A stretch of 64,000 bases of DNA from Malacoraja senta. Lineage: Eukaryota. The stretch covers positions 1 to 64,000 of the forward strand of contig JAXLNO010000085.1 of the NCBI GenBank assembly GCA_038087875.1, written 5' to 3'. The translations under genes and the position numbers were made by a program. Below, piece by piece: positions 52,528 through 64,000 of this stretch (position 1 is its first letter; each line of letters opens with the position of its first letter). Under the pieces are notes generated by a model. The model made no database searches. It saw only the letters and a list, made by a program, of their open reading frames with translations, and was not told the origin of the DNA.

Positions 52528-53672
52528 CTCAAGTCAAGTCAAGAGTCAAGAAAGTTTTATTGTCATGTGTCCCAGATAGGACAATGAAATTCTTGCTTGC
52601 TGCAGCACAACAGAATATGTAAACATAATACAGAACAGGAGATAAAAGTTCAGTGTGTCTATATACCATAGACCATATATGTACACAATAAATAAACAGG
52701 TAAAGTGCAATAGACTGTTATTGTTCAGAGCTTGTTTGATGTTGTATTTAATAGCCTGAATGCTGTGGGTAAGAAGCTGTTCTTGAACCTGGATGTTCCA
52801 GATTTCAAGCTCCTGTACCTTCTTCCTGATGGCAACGGAGAGATGAGTGTGTGGCCAGGATGGTGTGGGTCTTTGATGATGCTGGCTGCCTTTTTGAGGC
52901 AGCGACTGCGATAGATCCCTTCGATGGTGGGGAGGTCAGAGCCTATGATGGACTGGGCAGTGATCACAACTTTCTGCATTCTTTTCCGCTCCTGGACATT
53001 CAAGTTGCCAAACAAAGCCAGTCAGAATGCTCTCTACTGAGCACCTGTAGACGTTCCAGAGAGTCCTCCTTGACATACCGACTCTCCGTAATCTTCTCAG
53101 GAAGTGGAGGTGCTGGTGCCTTCTTTATAACTGCATCATTGTGCTGGGACCAGGAAAGATCTTCAGAAATATGCACGCCCAGGAATTTGAAGTTCTTGAC
53201 CCTTTCCACCATCGTCCCGTTGATATAAACGGGATTGTGGGTTCCCATCCTACCCCTTCCAAAGTCCACAATCAGTTCCTTGGTTTTGATGGTGTTGAGA
53301 GCCAGGTTGTTGTGCTGGCACCATTTGGTCAATCTCACTTCTATACTCTGACTCATCGCCATCAGTGATTTGTCTCACAACAGTGGTGTCGTCGGCGAAT
53401 TTGATGTTGGAGTTCGCACTATGTCCGGCTACACAGTCATGAGTATAGAGTGAGTACAGCAAGAGGCTGAGCACGCAGCCTTGAGGTGCTCCCGTGCTGA
53501 TTGTTATCGAGGATGACACATTTCCACCAATACGGACAGACTGTGGTCTGTGGATGAGGAAGTCGAGGATCCAATTGCAGAGGGATGCGCAGAGACCCAG
53601 ATCTGTGAGCTTGGTAACCAGCTTGGAGGGGATGATGGTATTAAACGCCAAGCTGTAGTCTATGAACAAAGC
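52528..53672 (-). mobile_element. Rex1/Babar-type LINE, 5'-truncated RT
   Basis: [48 protein letters not shown]; (CTTGA)n-like tail. Confidence 0.92.
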
Positions 53673-54724
53673 TCCATAAGCAACTTCTGCCCTCAATAAC
53701 GTGTAACAGAAGATCCTCAGATTCCTTCTTTCAAGCTCAGCTTACTGCCCTTGTATCTGACTAGAGTGTCCAAAGTATATTGCTGGATACCACAGTGGTG
53801 CCACAATTATCCTCCCTCTATTGACTTTGACTGCCAAAGTACCAGAAGAATAACAATGACCACCTAGACTTTGAAGGAACTGTTTATTGTTGGTCCGTTA
53901 AGCCCAGAGCTCCAACAGTGCAACAGTGGGATGACATTTGGTTTGGTCTGGAATATTTTAGTGCCACTTTTCTCTCTGTAAGTCGATACTGTAATAGTCA
54001 GTGACAGAGGGAATGAAATGGAAGGAACCGTTGGCAAATCAGAAATTAGGATTTAGGTCACTGCTGTTGCATTATTGTGCCATCTGGCTCAATCTAAATA
54101 GAAATGAGCTGCCTAAGTTGTTTCTGTCTTCCTCATCCTCCTCCTCCTTCTCAGATTTTGCTGTTGCTTATTGTACAGTTGGTGCAAGGACTGTTCCTGC
54201 ACAGTGCTGAGTTGCGACAGTGTGCATCAGACTACTATGAATGCTGGCACCTGCTCTGTCAAACACTGCTGGGCTTCACAGAGATATCTATGCAATGGAA
54301 GCACTGTTTCAGCCAATGTCAGTGGTCTACTATATCACATTTCACATTGAATCAACCACACATGAGCTGAGACAGGGATTAAGTTGGGTGATATATTATT
54401 CAAAGATGTAATCTTCGTAACATTGTGAACATCTGATCAGCGGCCCTTCCTGCAGTGAAACATGCTTTTAAGGTCTAACTTATCCGGTTCATGTGTACAT
54501 CAGCCATGAGAAAAGAGTTGAAATTGGTGGCTGGAGAATTGAGGAATGAAAGATAATGCATCCAGGCGTCATGGTATTTAGCTGGAGGAAGGGAAGAGTG
54601 TAAAGTTTCTCCTGGGTGGCTTGATAATGTTCTCATTTGATAAAACCTTGTGTCCTAACATGAAATTATTTTGGACAATCACCCAATTTGTGTTAAAAAA
54701 AAATGTATGCATTCAAGAGATGTG

Positions 54725-55800
54725 GGCTTTACAGGCTGAGCCAGCATTTAATGTGCTTTTCTAATTGCCTTCAGGGGGTGGTCATGAGATGCATTCTTGA
54801 ACCACTACTGTCCTTAAGTGTGGGTATACCCAGAATGCTATGAGAGAAGGGCTTCCAAGATTTTGATCCAGTGACGCTGAAGGAACAGTGATATATTTCC
54901 AAGTCATGATGATGTGTGGCTTGCACGGCATCTTCCTTATTGAGGTGTTCCTCTGCTTTGGTGCCCATCTTTCTAGCTGGTTGAAGTCGTGGGTTTGGAA
55001 GGTGTTGTCGAAGGAGTCTTGTTGAGTTGCTGCAGTGCATCTTGTACATGGTATAAACTGCTGCTACTGTGCTTCAGTGGTGGAGTGAGTGAATGGTTGT
55101 GGAAGGGATGCATATCATATGAACGTCAAGCTTGAGTGTTGTTGAAACTGCACTCATCCAGACAAGTGGAGTGTGTTCCATCACATTCCTGACTTGAGTC
55201 TTATGGGTGGACAGGCTTTGTGGAGTTAGGTGCTATTGAAGGTAGGGATTCAGTGATAATGCCATTGAATGGCAGTGGTTGATAGTTGTTTTTTCTCTTG
55301 TTGAATATCATTATTGCCTGACACTTGGTCACGTATCAGCCCCGGTCTAGATATTATCCAGGTCTTGTTGCATTTGTATGCAGACTGCTTCACTATCTAA
55401 GAAGTCACAAATCATGCTGAATATTGAGTTATCATCAGCAAACATCCCTACTTCCGCCCTCATCTTTGATGTAAGGTCATTGATATAAAAGCTGTAGGTG
55501 GTTGGAACTAAGGCTGTGCCCTGATGAACTCCTGTGGCTAAGATAATTGACCTCCAATCACCACCACCATCTTCCTTTCTGCTTAGTATAATTCCAACTG
55601 GTAGAGAGAATTCACGATTCCAGTTTAGTCAGAATTCCTTGAAGCCATACACATAAAAAAGTTACCTTGATGTCAACGGCAGTTTCTCTCCTTTCACCAC
55701 TGGCATAGAGCTCATTTGTCCATGTTTGAACCAAGGTTGTAATCAGGTCAGGTCAGTGGAACCTGAACTGAGCTTCTGTGACCAGACCATTACTGAGCAA
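54725..55800 (-). mobile_element. Old degraded LINE RT fragment
   Basis: Reverse-strand GMFADD and GVHQGTALVP (GVPQG-like) remnants; YKMHCSNS...RQHLPNPR C-terminal segment. Confidence 0.6.
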
Positions 55801-56624
55801 GAGCTAGAATGGCCTATAATTCAGTACCAGAAATGATCCATGCAATGGAAGCATTTTTTCAGCATCAGTGGTCTCTTATATCATTGATAAGGGTTACTCT
55901 TGCAATGTCACAGTGTTGAGGAGAGGATGTTTTTCTTTGGTTAGTACAGCTAAATCAACTTTAATCTGTAGCTGAAGAGCAGAACCATTTAAAAAGTAGC
56001 TAAAATGTAATTGCTTGACGCCAGCATTTGAGACTTGTGCGGCTTTTAATTTTACTCCAATTTTTCCTGGGTCTATTTTAAAAATGGTTGAGAACTACAA
56101 AAAAATTCCATGACCTTTATACAGCTAAGCATCAAAACAGATAAATATTTGGCTTTACTGGATTTCCAACACTATATTACATACACATTAATATTGGCAC
56201 CCTATGTGATTAGATAAACTTTAATACATAAATAAAATGGATACAATTTAAAGGGATGTTAAGAACGATACAAGTGTGGAATTGTACAGAGGACGACTTG
56301 AATAAGTAAATGAACAGCCACAGATGCCAATGAATGACAAAAGCATTGCTCCAATTTTGTGGAGTTGATAGCCATTTTTGAAAGAACATATAATCTGTTA
56401 CTGTTTATAGTGTGATCAATTCCTTCATTGCACGGTGAGTAAAAAGTTAAATATTCCTATTACAGTATGATGGAGGAAGCTCCTCATGTCCCTCTGAAAT
56501 TAGTGCTCTATAATTCAAAGTGTTGATATGGAACTGCAGAAAGTGTATGCTTTACTATAACTTTACCTTCCAGAATTTAAATAAAGTTCATTTAATAAAG
56601 AGCTGTCCCTTTATTTGCTTACAG

Positions 56625-57897
56625 TTTTGCGGATGACTATTCTCCTAATCCACCATCACAGCATCTGGGTCAGCAAAGCAGGCAAAATTTGTCTACTGGA
56701 ATGAAGAAATACCCTTCCTCACAGAATTCATCACATTCTCCAGACAATAATCTTGATAATGAATATGAACATTTAGAAGATATTTACGAAAACGCAGTAT
56801 CATTTGATTATGGATTTTGCCATGCCAAGGTAGATCTTGTTTGTACTCCAGAACCAGATGCCTTCAATCCATGCGAGGACATAATGGGATATAATGTTCT
56901 CAGAGTTCTAATATGGTTCATCAACATCCTTGCTATTTTGGGTAACTTTGTTGTTTTTATTGTTTTGGTGGCAAGTCAGAATAAGCTTACAGTCCCACGG
57001 TTCCTCATGTGCAATCTTGCTCTTGCGGACCTTTGTATGGGTCTCTATTTGCTACTCATTGCCTCTGTTGATCTGAGCACCAAGAGTCAGTATTACAACT
57101 ATGCAATAGACTGGCAGACTGGTGCAGGATGTGCTTGTGCTGGTTTCTTCACTGTTTTTGCAAGTGAGCTCTCTGTGTATACTCTGATGGTGATCACCTT
57201 TGAAAGGTGGCATACAATTACCCACGCCATGCAATTAGACAGAAAGATACGTTTGAGACATGCTGTGGCACTCATGGTTGGAGGCTGGGTGTTCTCTCTT
57301 GTTGTAGCAACACTGCCACTTGTAGGAATTAGCAATTACATGAAAGTTAGCATTTGTTTGCCCATGGATATAGAAACTCCAGTATCCCAGGGTTATGTTA
57401 TATTCTTGTTGGCATTGAATGTTCTAGCCTTTATTATCATTTGTGTATGTTATATTAAAATATATTTAGCTGTGAAAAATCCTGACTTTGTTTCTAAAAA
57501 TAGTGACACAAAGATTGCCAAACGAATGGCAATACTAATCTTTACAGACTTTGTGTGTATGGCTCCTATATCATTTTTTGCTATTTCAGCAGCTTTTAAG
57601 TCTCCACTTATTACAGTTACTAATGCTAAAATTCTGCTGGTATTGTTTTACCCACTGAACTCTTGTGCTAATCCATTTCTTTACGCAATCTTTACAAAAG
57701 CATTCAGAAGGGATTTCTTCATTTTGTTGAGCAAGTTTGGCTATTGTGAAATACAGGCACAAATTTATAAAACAGACAATTCAAACTCAAGGAGTGGCAC
57801 CAAAGAAAGTTTAGGTGCAGTTGTCAAGCTGGCAACATTTCATGATGAGGAATTCCCAGTCAACACAACTGATAAATATCCTCACAAAGAATGCTGA
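56625..57897 (+). CDS. lhcgr: LHCGR exon 11: hinge C-terminal part, 7-TM domain and tail to stop
   Basis: ttatttgcttacag|T in frame with ORF 56689-57897; [10 protein letters not shown] tethered agonist, [15 protein letters not shown] motifs; ends ...KLATFH...KEC* like LHCGR. Confidence 0.95.
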
Positions 57898-58201
57898 CGC
57901 GTTTCATAGTTTACAGTCTTTACTACAGATGGTGCCACATCCACAGGTCTCAGCAGCAATGCATTATCTCTCCTGGGTGTCCATTTTGGCAAATGTGAGC
58001 CCAAGACATAAATGTTGGTACACTAGTGAAGGGCTCCAAAACTGATGCAGCAAACAGAGGAAGGTACCCTGGTTGATTTTTCAGTTCCTAGCCCAGGAGA
58101 CAATTTGCCACATGGCAGAGAAGAGTTACAGCTTCAACCAAAGATCAAGCGTTTGAATCTCGTGAAATCGCTAATAGACCTGTCCCCAATTGAGCAGCAA
58201 A

Positions 58202-58207
58202 AATAAA
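58202..58207 (+). terminator. Candidate poly(A) signal of lhcgr
   Basis: First AATAAA seen, about 305 bp after the stop; another lies at 58553-58558; no transcript evidence. Confidence 0.3.
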
Positions 58208-58579
58208 ATCTATGTAATGGGTTTTACCTGGAAAAACAATGGATGAACATTTTTACTGGAAAAAAAAAACAAAAATAAGTAAATAATTTTTCATCCATAT
58301 TATTTTAGTGCACTTTATGTTTGGAAAAATTATCTTGTTCCCTGATTTAGGAAGCAGTTTAATGAGTGGCTGCATCAATAACATTCATTATCCTGTCCAG
58401 CTACCATGGGAAAGGAATCTGGCAGATTTGAAGGTCATTTGTTATCTGCATGGCAAGTTCGTGGATGGAAAGGTTAGTCAGCAGTCCTGCACGGGGATGG
58501 AAATTTGGGACAAGATTCAGGCCATTCAGACAATGGTTCTACCGACTTTGTGAATAAAGTGGATGGGGACTCTATGATT

Positions 58580-58790
58580 AGTTTAGTTTAAAGGCACAGC
58601 ATGGAAACAGGCCCTTCAGCCCACCAAGTCAATGATTAGCATCAATCTCCACCATACCAGTTCTATGTTATCCCATGTACGTATCTACACACCGGGGGCA
58701 AATTACAGAGGCCAATTAACTTATACACACGCATGGGATGTGGGTGGTAACCGGAGAACCTGTAGGAAACCCACTGTCACAGGGAGAACA
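58580..58790 (-). mobile_element. V-SINE/HE1-like fragment
   Basis: ttagtttagttta tail, ggaaacaggcccttcagccc, gccaattaac core. Confidence 0.7.
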
Positions 58791-58844
58791 TGATGTAATA
58801 GGATTCCAATTTGCAGAAATGTGTTCAGCTCCTGTGTGACTCAG

Positions 58845-59842
58845 GCAACCAACAGTCTCCTCGATATCCTGCAGCTCCGCTCTTGCTCCCCCTCCCCCCA
58901 GTCGTAACTGGGACAGTCACCTTTGTCCTCACCTTCCACCTCATCAGTCGTTGCATACAGCACATAATCCTCTGACATTTTCGCCACCTCCAATGGGATT
59001 CCACATCTTTCCATCTCCACCCCTTTCCGCTGGGACCGTTCCCTCCACAACTCCCTGGTCAACTCGTCCCTTGCCACCCAAACCACCCCCTTCCTAGGTA
59101 CTTTCCCCAGCAACCGCAGGAGATGCAACACCTGTCCCTTTACCTCCAACCTCGACTCTGTCAAGGACCCCAACAGTCATTTCTGGTGAGGCAGAGGTTC
59201 ACATGCACCTCCTCCAACCTCATCTACTGTATCCGTTGTTCCAGGTGTGGACGCCTATATATCAGTGAGACCAAGCGCAGGCTCGGCGATCGTTTCGCTG
59301 AACACTTCTGCTCAGTCCGCCGATCGTTTCGCTGAACACTTCTGCTCAGTCCGCCTAAACCTACCTGATCTCCTGGTTGCTAAACACTTTAACTCCCCCT
59401 CACATTCCCACATTGACCTTTCTCTCCTGGGCCTCCTCCATTGCCAGAATAAGGCCCAGTGCAAATTGGAGGAACACCTTATAATTCGCTTTTGCAACTT
59501 ACACCCCTGCGGAATGAATATTGACTTCTCTAACTTCAAGTATCCGTTGCTTTCCCCCTCTCCATCCCTCCCCCTTCCCAGTTCTTCGACCAGTCTTACT
59601 GTCTCCGACAATATTTTATCTCTGCTTTGTTGATACCTTCTCCCAGCTAACAATGATCTATATTTTCCTTGATCTGCATTCCCTTTGCCGTTTTCACACC
59701 TTCACACTTCCTTATCTATGTATCTCCCTCACCCCTAACGTCAGTCTGAAGAAGAGTCTCGACCCGAAACGTCATCCATTCCTTCTCCACAGAGATGCTG
59801 CCTGTTCTGCTGAGTTACTCCAGCATTTTGTGTCTATCTTCA
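58845..59842 (+). mobile_element. Penelope-like element 3' part: GIY-YIG endonuclease remnant plus terminal repeat with hammerhead motif
   Basis: FTCTSSNLIYCIRCSRCGRLYISETKRRLGDRFAEH...VAKHFNSPSH; hammerhead motif at 59746-59773; 34-bp tandem duplication 59287-59354. Confidence 0.88.
59746..59773 (+). ncRNA. Minimal hammerhead ribozyme motif in a Penelope terminal repeat
   Basis: CUGAAGA-A-GAGUC-UC-GACCC-GAAAC-GUC; one stem II mismatch; canonical GUC cleavage triplet. Confidence 0.55.
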
Positions 59843-60544
59843 GTATATCTGGCAAACAAGACTGTTACCCCTAGACTATGTTCACTCTTGTAAACTTGAA
59901 AACATACAAATCCAGGGCTGTCAGTATACTATGCTCACCTCTTTGCCTTCCCTACCCATGTGATATTCTTCAGTCCTTTAGAATGGCATTGCCAAACACC
60001 CTCAACTTTGACCCTGCATATTACTGACTTCCTTTGCTCCACCATTGGACTGCTGTGTCTTCAGCTGCCCACATGCAAATTTCTAAGATTTTCTCTTTGA
60101 ACCTGTCCATTTTTAAACTGCTTCTTAAAATCAACCCCATTGATGAAGATTTATTGCACTGCCTCAATGTTTGGTTTAAAATAGTGTCTGTAAAATCAAA
60201 GGCACTAAAGGAGACTTGGGAGAGAAGAGAATAGGGATGCTAAAATTCCATACATTTTTTTCATTTGCATTTTCAACCATTTTAATTAGTTTAAATAAGA
60301 TTGCATTTTCATTGTGAAATTACTTTGTAAAGATTAAAGTGCATTTCTGTTTTCTCTTGGTGTTTTCCTTCTATAAACAATGAAGGGGGGCTGGAATAGT
60401 TTACCCTCGATCCACATTGACAAGATGTGGTTCCTGCAGTTGTCAGTAACCTGTAATTCCATGGTTTTTAGAACCTCAAGTGATAAAAAGTCTTCTCCAG
60501 TGGTCAGAGTCGTGAAAGTGCAAATTAACCTCATGGAGTAAGAG

Positions 60545-60950
60545 ATTAGAGTCATAAAGCACAGAAACAGTCCCTTCTGCCCAATTTGTCCATGTCGAAC
60601 AAAATGCCCCATCTACACTAGTCTCGCCTGCCTACTATCTTTCTAGATCTTTCCTATCCATGTACTTGTCCAAATCCATTTTAAATGATGTTATACTACC
60701 TGCCTCAACTACCTCCTCTGGCAACTTGTTCTATATACCCACCACACTGAGTGGAAAAAAGTTGTCTCTCAGGTTTCTATTAAATCTTTCCCCTCTCATC
60801 TTAAACCCATCTCCAATGGTTCTTGATTCTCCTACTCTGGGTAAAAGACTGCAATTAACCTATCTATTCCCCTCATGATTTTACACCTTTAAGATCACAC
60901 TCCAAGGAATAAAGTGCTAGCCTGCCCAACCTCTTTTGATACCTCAAGCC
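60545..60950 (-). mobile_element. CR1 LINE 3' fragment
   Basis: agagtcata tail, tcaggtttctattaaatctttcccctctc segment. Confidence 0.65.
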
Positions 60951-63900
60951 CTGGCAGATTTAATTCCCAGTGCAATGTGAGTTTGTTGTAATCAATGGAA
61001 ATGGCAATACAGTTGCTATTGTTCTCTTTTCACCTTTTTCTCTGCACACAGAGAGCTCGAGATTAGTCTTAGATTGAGGAAAATACAGGAAGACGATACT
61101 GAATTTGGATGAAGCTATATGATCATATTGAAAGAGAGCAGATTCCAAGGACAAATGGCCTACTACTACTAGACTCAATTTTCATTGCCAGCTGGAAACA
61201 TACCTGAATGGATGAGAATTCAGATAACAACTTAATTTTTGTTCACTGATGCTCCAACATTGTGTCAGCTAATGAGTTTGAGATGCAGCAGGTTTAAAAA
61301 TCAATGGAAGCAATGGCACTTTACTGAAAAACAAGGTTACTTAAAACACAGCAAGGACACAAACTACATAAATATTCCCAACAAAAGTGGTCAAAATGTT
61401 TCAGTTGGATGTAAATTATAGGCATCTACAGTACAGTGCCATCTCAGTACAGTCACCAATCCTGTTCAGCAAAATAATTGTTTAACAAACCTCATTCATG
61501 CTGTCCTTAATGTCACTCTAAGCATTAAATAATATGGAGACAGCGGGGGTGGGGTGGGAACAGAAGAACAAAATCAATGTAATGGGATAGAAGAAAAGAG
61601 ATTCAGGGAGAATAGGTTACAGAATGTTCAGCATTCAAACAAGCCCTCTTCAGCATCCTGGTCACACCCAACCCTTTTATCAATTTATTATTTGAAAAGC
61701 AAAAGACTGTAGATACTTCAAATCCAAATTAAAGCAAAAATAAAAACTCAGCACATTAGGTAGCTTCAATGTTTCAGCTCAATAAAAATTTTCTTGATTT
61801 CTAAAGTACTGTTGATCTGAAACATTAGTTCCGTTTTTCTCTTCACAGGTGTTGCCTAAGTTTGGTAAATGCTCACAGGTCTACTTATATATTTCAAAAA
61901 GCTTGGGCACTTTATGTCATTGCCATATTTGTGTGGGCCATATCTATCAATATTTATTTTTTCTATCAATCGAATACTGGGACTGCTGATACTCAAAAGA
62001 ACTTTCAAAGAGCTCACAGGAATATTTAAGTAAATTGCCAGATGAAGACCAAAGTAAAAATCAGTTCTTCAGGTCCCCCAGCTCAACCTAATTACATATG
62101 TCTTTGAATACAAGAGTTCCAAATATCACAAGCAGGGATGACACCATTATAAGAGCAGCTTTTTTTGTCTTAATTTTTTCCATCATTAGAGTTGGTCATT
62201 ATTCACACTGACTTTCATTTAAGATTATGGAGAATGCCTTTCAAGAACCTACAGAAATGATGTTACCAGGTGCTAATGGATTAGTCACCGTTTTCTATTG
62301 CAGGTCCGCAGCATAAGTAATGAGAGACCTATTACAATTTACCATCACCTTATGTGTTTGCTGAATATAGAACTCTAAACACATACTAAAATGGAGCATT
62401 GTTGTATGAATTTGAACATCATAAAACTGAGGAAATAACATCATGGAAGTGATGTAATCCATTCCATATTATGTGGTTGTACTATTTAATAAAATATTGT
62501 AGATGAGTATATTTTGGAATGAGAGATAGCCAGAACATGTCAAGTATGTTGAATGATAAGTATTAAGCAGTTGTTACAGCTGTTCTATGCAGGTGTATCC
62601 GTGTCCTTCATTCACTTTTGACATGATTCATAAACGTTTTTTCACAATGTGAAGGTTACACATTTGCAAGAAAAAAAAAATCCTGATAATCAATTGATAT
62701 CAGATTAATGAAACACTCCAAGGTGGTCAATTAACTGAGATTATAACTGATGAATTTGCAGTTGCCTTTGAAGGAACATTTATTAAGATTGTGCAGGATT
62801 ATAATATTTGTTAAACAGAATTATAAATAAATCATAAATGTCACCATGTTTTAAAGTGCACATTGTACATATTCAATCTTGTATCATTACTGTTTCCTGC
62901 AGTGAATGCATAACCACCAACAAAATGTATGTTTGTGCATTTTAAGGAAATGTAGATTATGGGGATATATGTATTGGAATTTGTTGCTTTTTTCTGAAAT
63001 TCATGAAAAGATTTAGAAAATAGACTTTTATTGTGCCATTTTAAAGCAAAATAATTTTGCCGATTCATTAAGTATCAGACTTTATTAAAATGTTAATGAA
63101 GCAATTAATGTGACTTTTTATTTTAAAAAGCTGGACAAACCAATTTATAGGACATCATGGATCACTGAACATGTCAGACTGAGGTAGCGAAGATCAATTG
63201 TCAAATTGCTGAAATAATGGTGGACTTCATGACATCACCTTACGATTAATCAGTCAGAGATTGGAGCTCTCTTAAACACAACCAATGAGTTATCAGCATT
63301 AATGGTGTTTCTTATTGACAGCCTTCTGCTTGGTATAGGGTAGAAATCTCATCCAAGTTATTCACGAGTCAGTTGACATCCCTTTCAAACTAGGGAATGT
63401 AACCATTCAAAATAGAACAGAGCAAAATAGTTCTTTAATTACCAGCAAAGGTATCCTCTGGATATTATTCCATCTCAAAACATCCAATTCAATTTGTGAG
63501 CAATTTGTAAAGCACAGCGGCATAATCATTGTTACCTCCGACAAAATTGGTACTGCAAAATCTATAATGTTAATAAATGCTTTAAAATTTATTGCTCAGG
63601 ATCCGAGCCAACAACAGGGAGGTTTTCAACAAATAAGTGTTTAAGCAATAAAACTAAACAGCACTGCAAAAGGATACCATATCAGAATTCCACTTCATTT
63701 TAAGGGGCCAAGAAAATGTCTGGTGGCTTTTGCAACTATTTCCAAAGGGAAGTTATATTTGGATCATCGATAAGATAAACAAACTCACTTCCTTTTCTGA
63801 ATGTTCTAAAGGCTGTTCGTTATCCTAATAACTTTAAGTCCAATTTGGTAGACTGGACATCATAGCTAAGAGTTGAAATACTGTACTGAACTTTCCTCAT

Positions 63901-64000
63901 GGCTAATCCCACTGCATGCGTTGATGCCATTATCCTAGTCTAAAGCAATCCAGGAGCCCTATTTAAGATCAAATCTGTTGAACATAATAAATGGTTGGGA

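Noticed and set aside
56689..57897. 402-aa ORF as a stand-alone single-exon GPCR
   Set aside because: Its start is an internal TTG; the frame continues to the acceptor at 56625 and joins nine upstream exons
12474..57897. Calling the gene FSHR or TSHR
   Set aside because: The separate exon 10, the IQNTK, SICNTG, EICDN and QGMNNES strands and the C-terminal EC are LHCGR features
57895..58045. Stop-codon readthrough or an overlapping 3' ORF
   Set aside because: An in-frame TAG follows four codons after TGA; the overlapping 76-aa ORF has no recognisable features
60950..64000. Terminal exon of the expected neighbour gtf2a1l on the - strand
   Set aside because: No TFIIA C-terminal motif found by eye; ordinary AT-rich intergenic sequence

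Overview
Eukaryotic, AT-rich, repeat-dense vertebrate genomic DNA. The repeat content (tRNA-derived V-SINE/HE1-like SINEs, CR1, L2, Rex1/Babar, Penelope) suggests a cartilaginous fish such as a skate or ray; this is an inference. The only host gene is a + strand glycoprotein-hormone receptor, called as LHCGR. I reconstructed exons 2-11 by eye (12474-57897): all introns are GT-AG and phase 2, the reading frame is open, and the LHCGR-specific exon 10 is present. Exon 1 was not found and is probably upstream of the window. The receptor has an unusually long hinge and several FSHR-like residues. The introns carry many nested mobile elements. The most notable is a family of short Penelope-derived units with minimal hammerhead-ribozyme motifs, arranged in tandem or inverted and flanked by 12-16 bp target-site duplications (TSDs). 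Also present are a TRIM-like mini LTR element with a Helitron-like insert carrying two CRE palindromes, two PIF/Harbinger MITEs (one an almost perfect 578-bp palindrome), and a 160-bp local duplication with its own 11-bp TSD that brackets exon 9. All comparisons with human and other receptor sequences are from memory, not from alignments.
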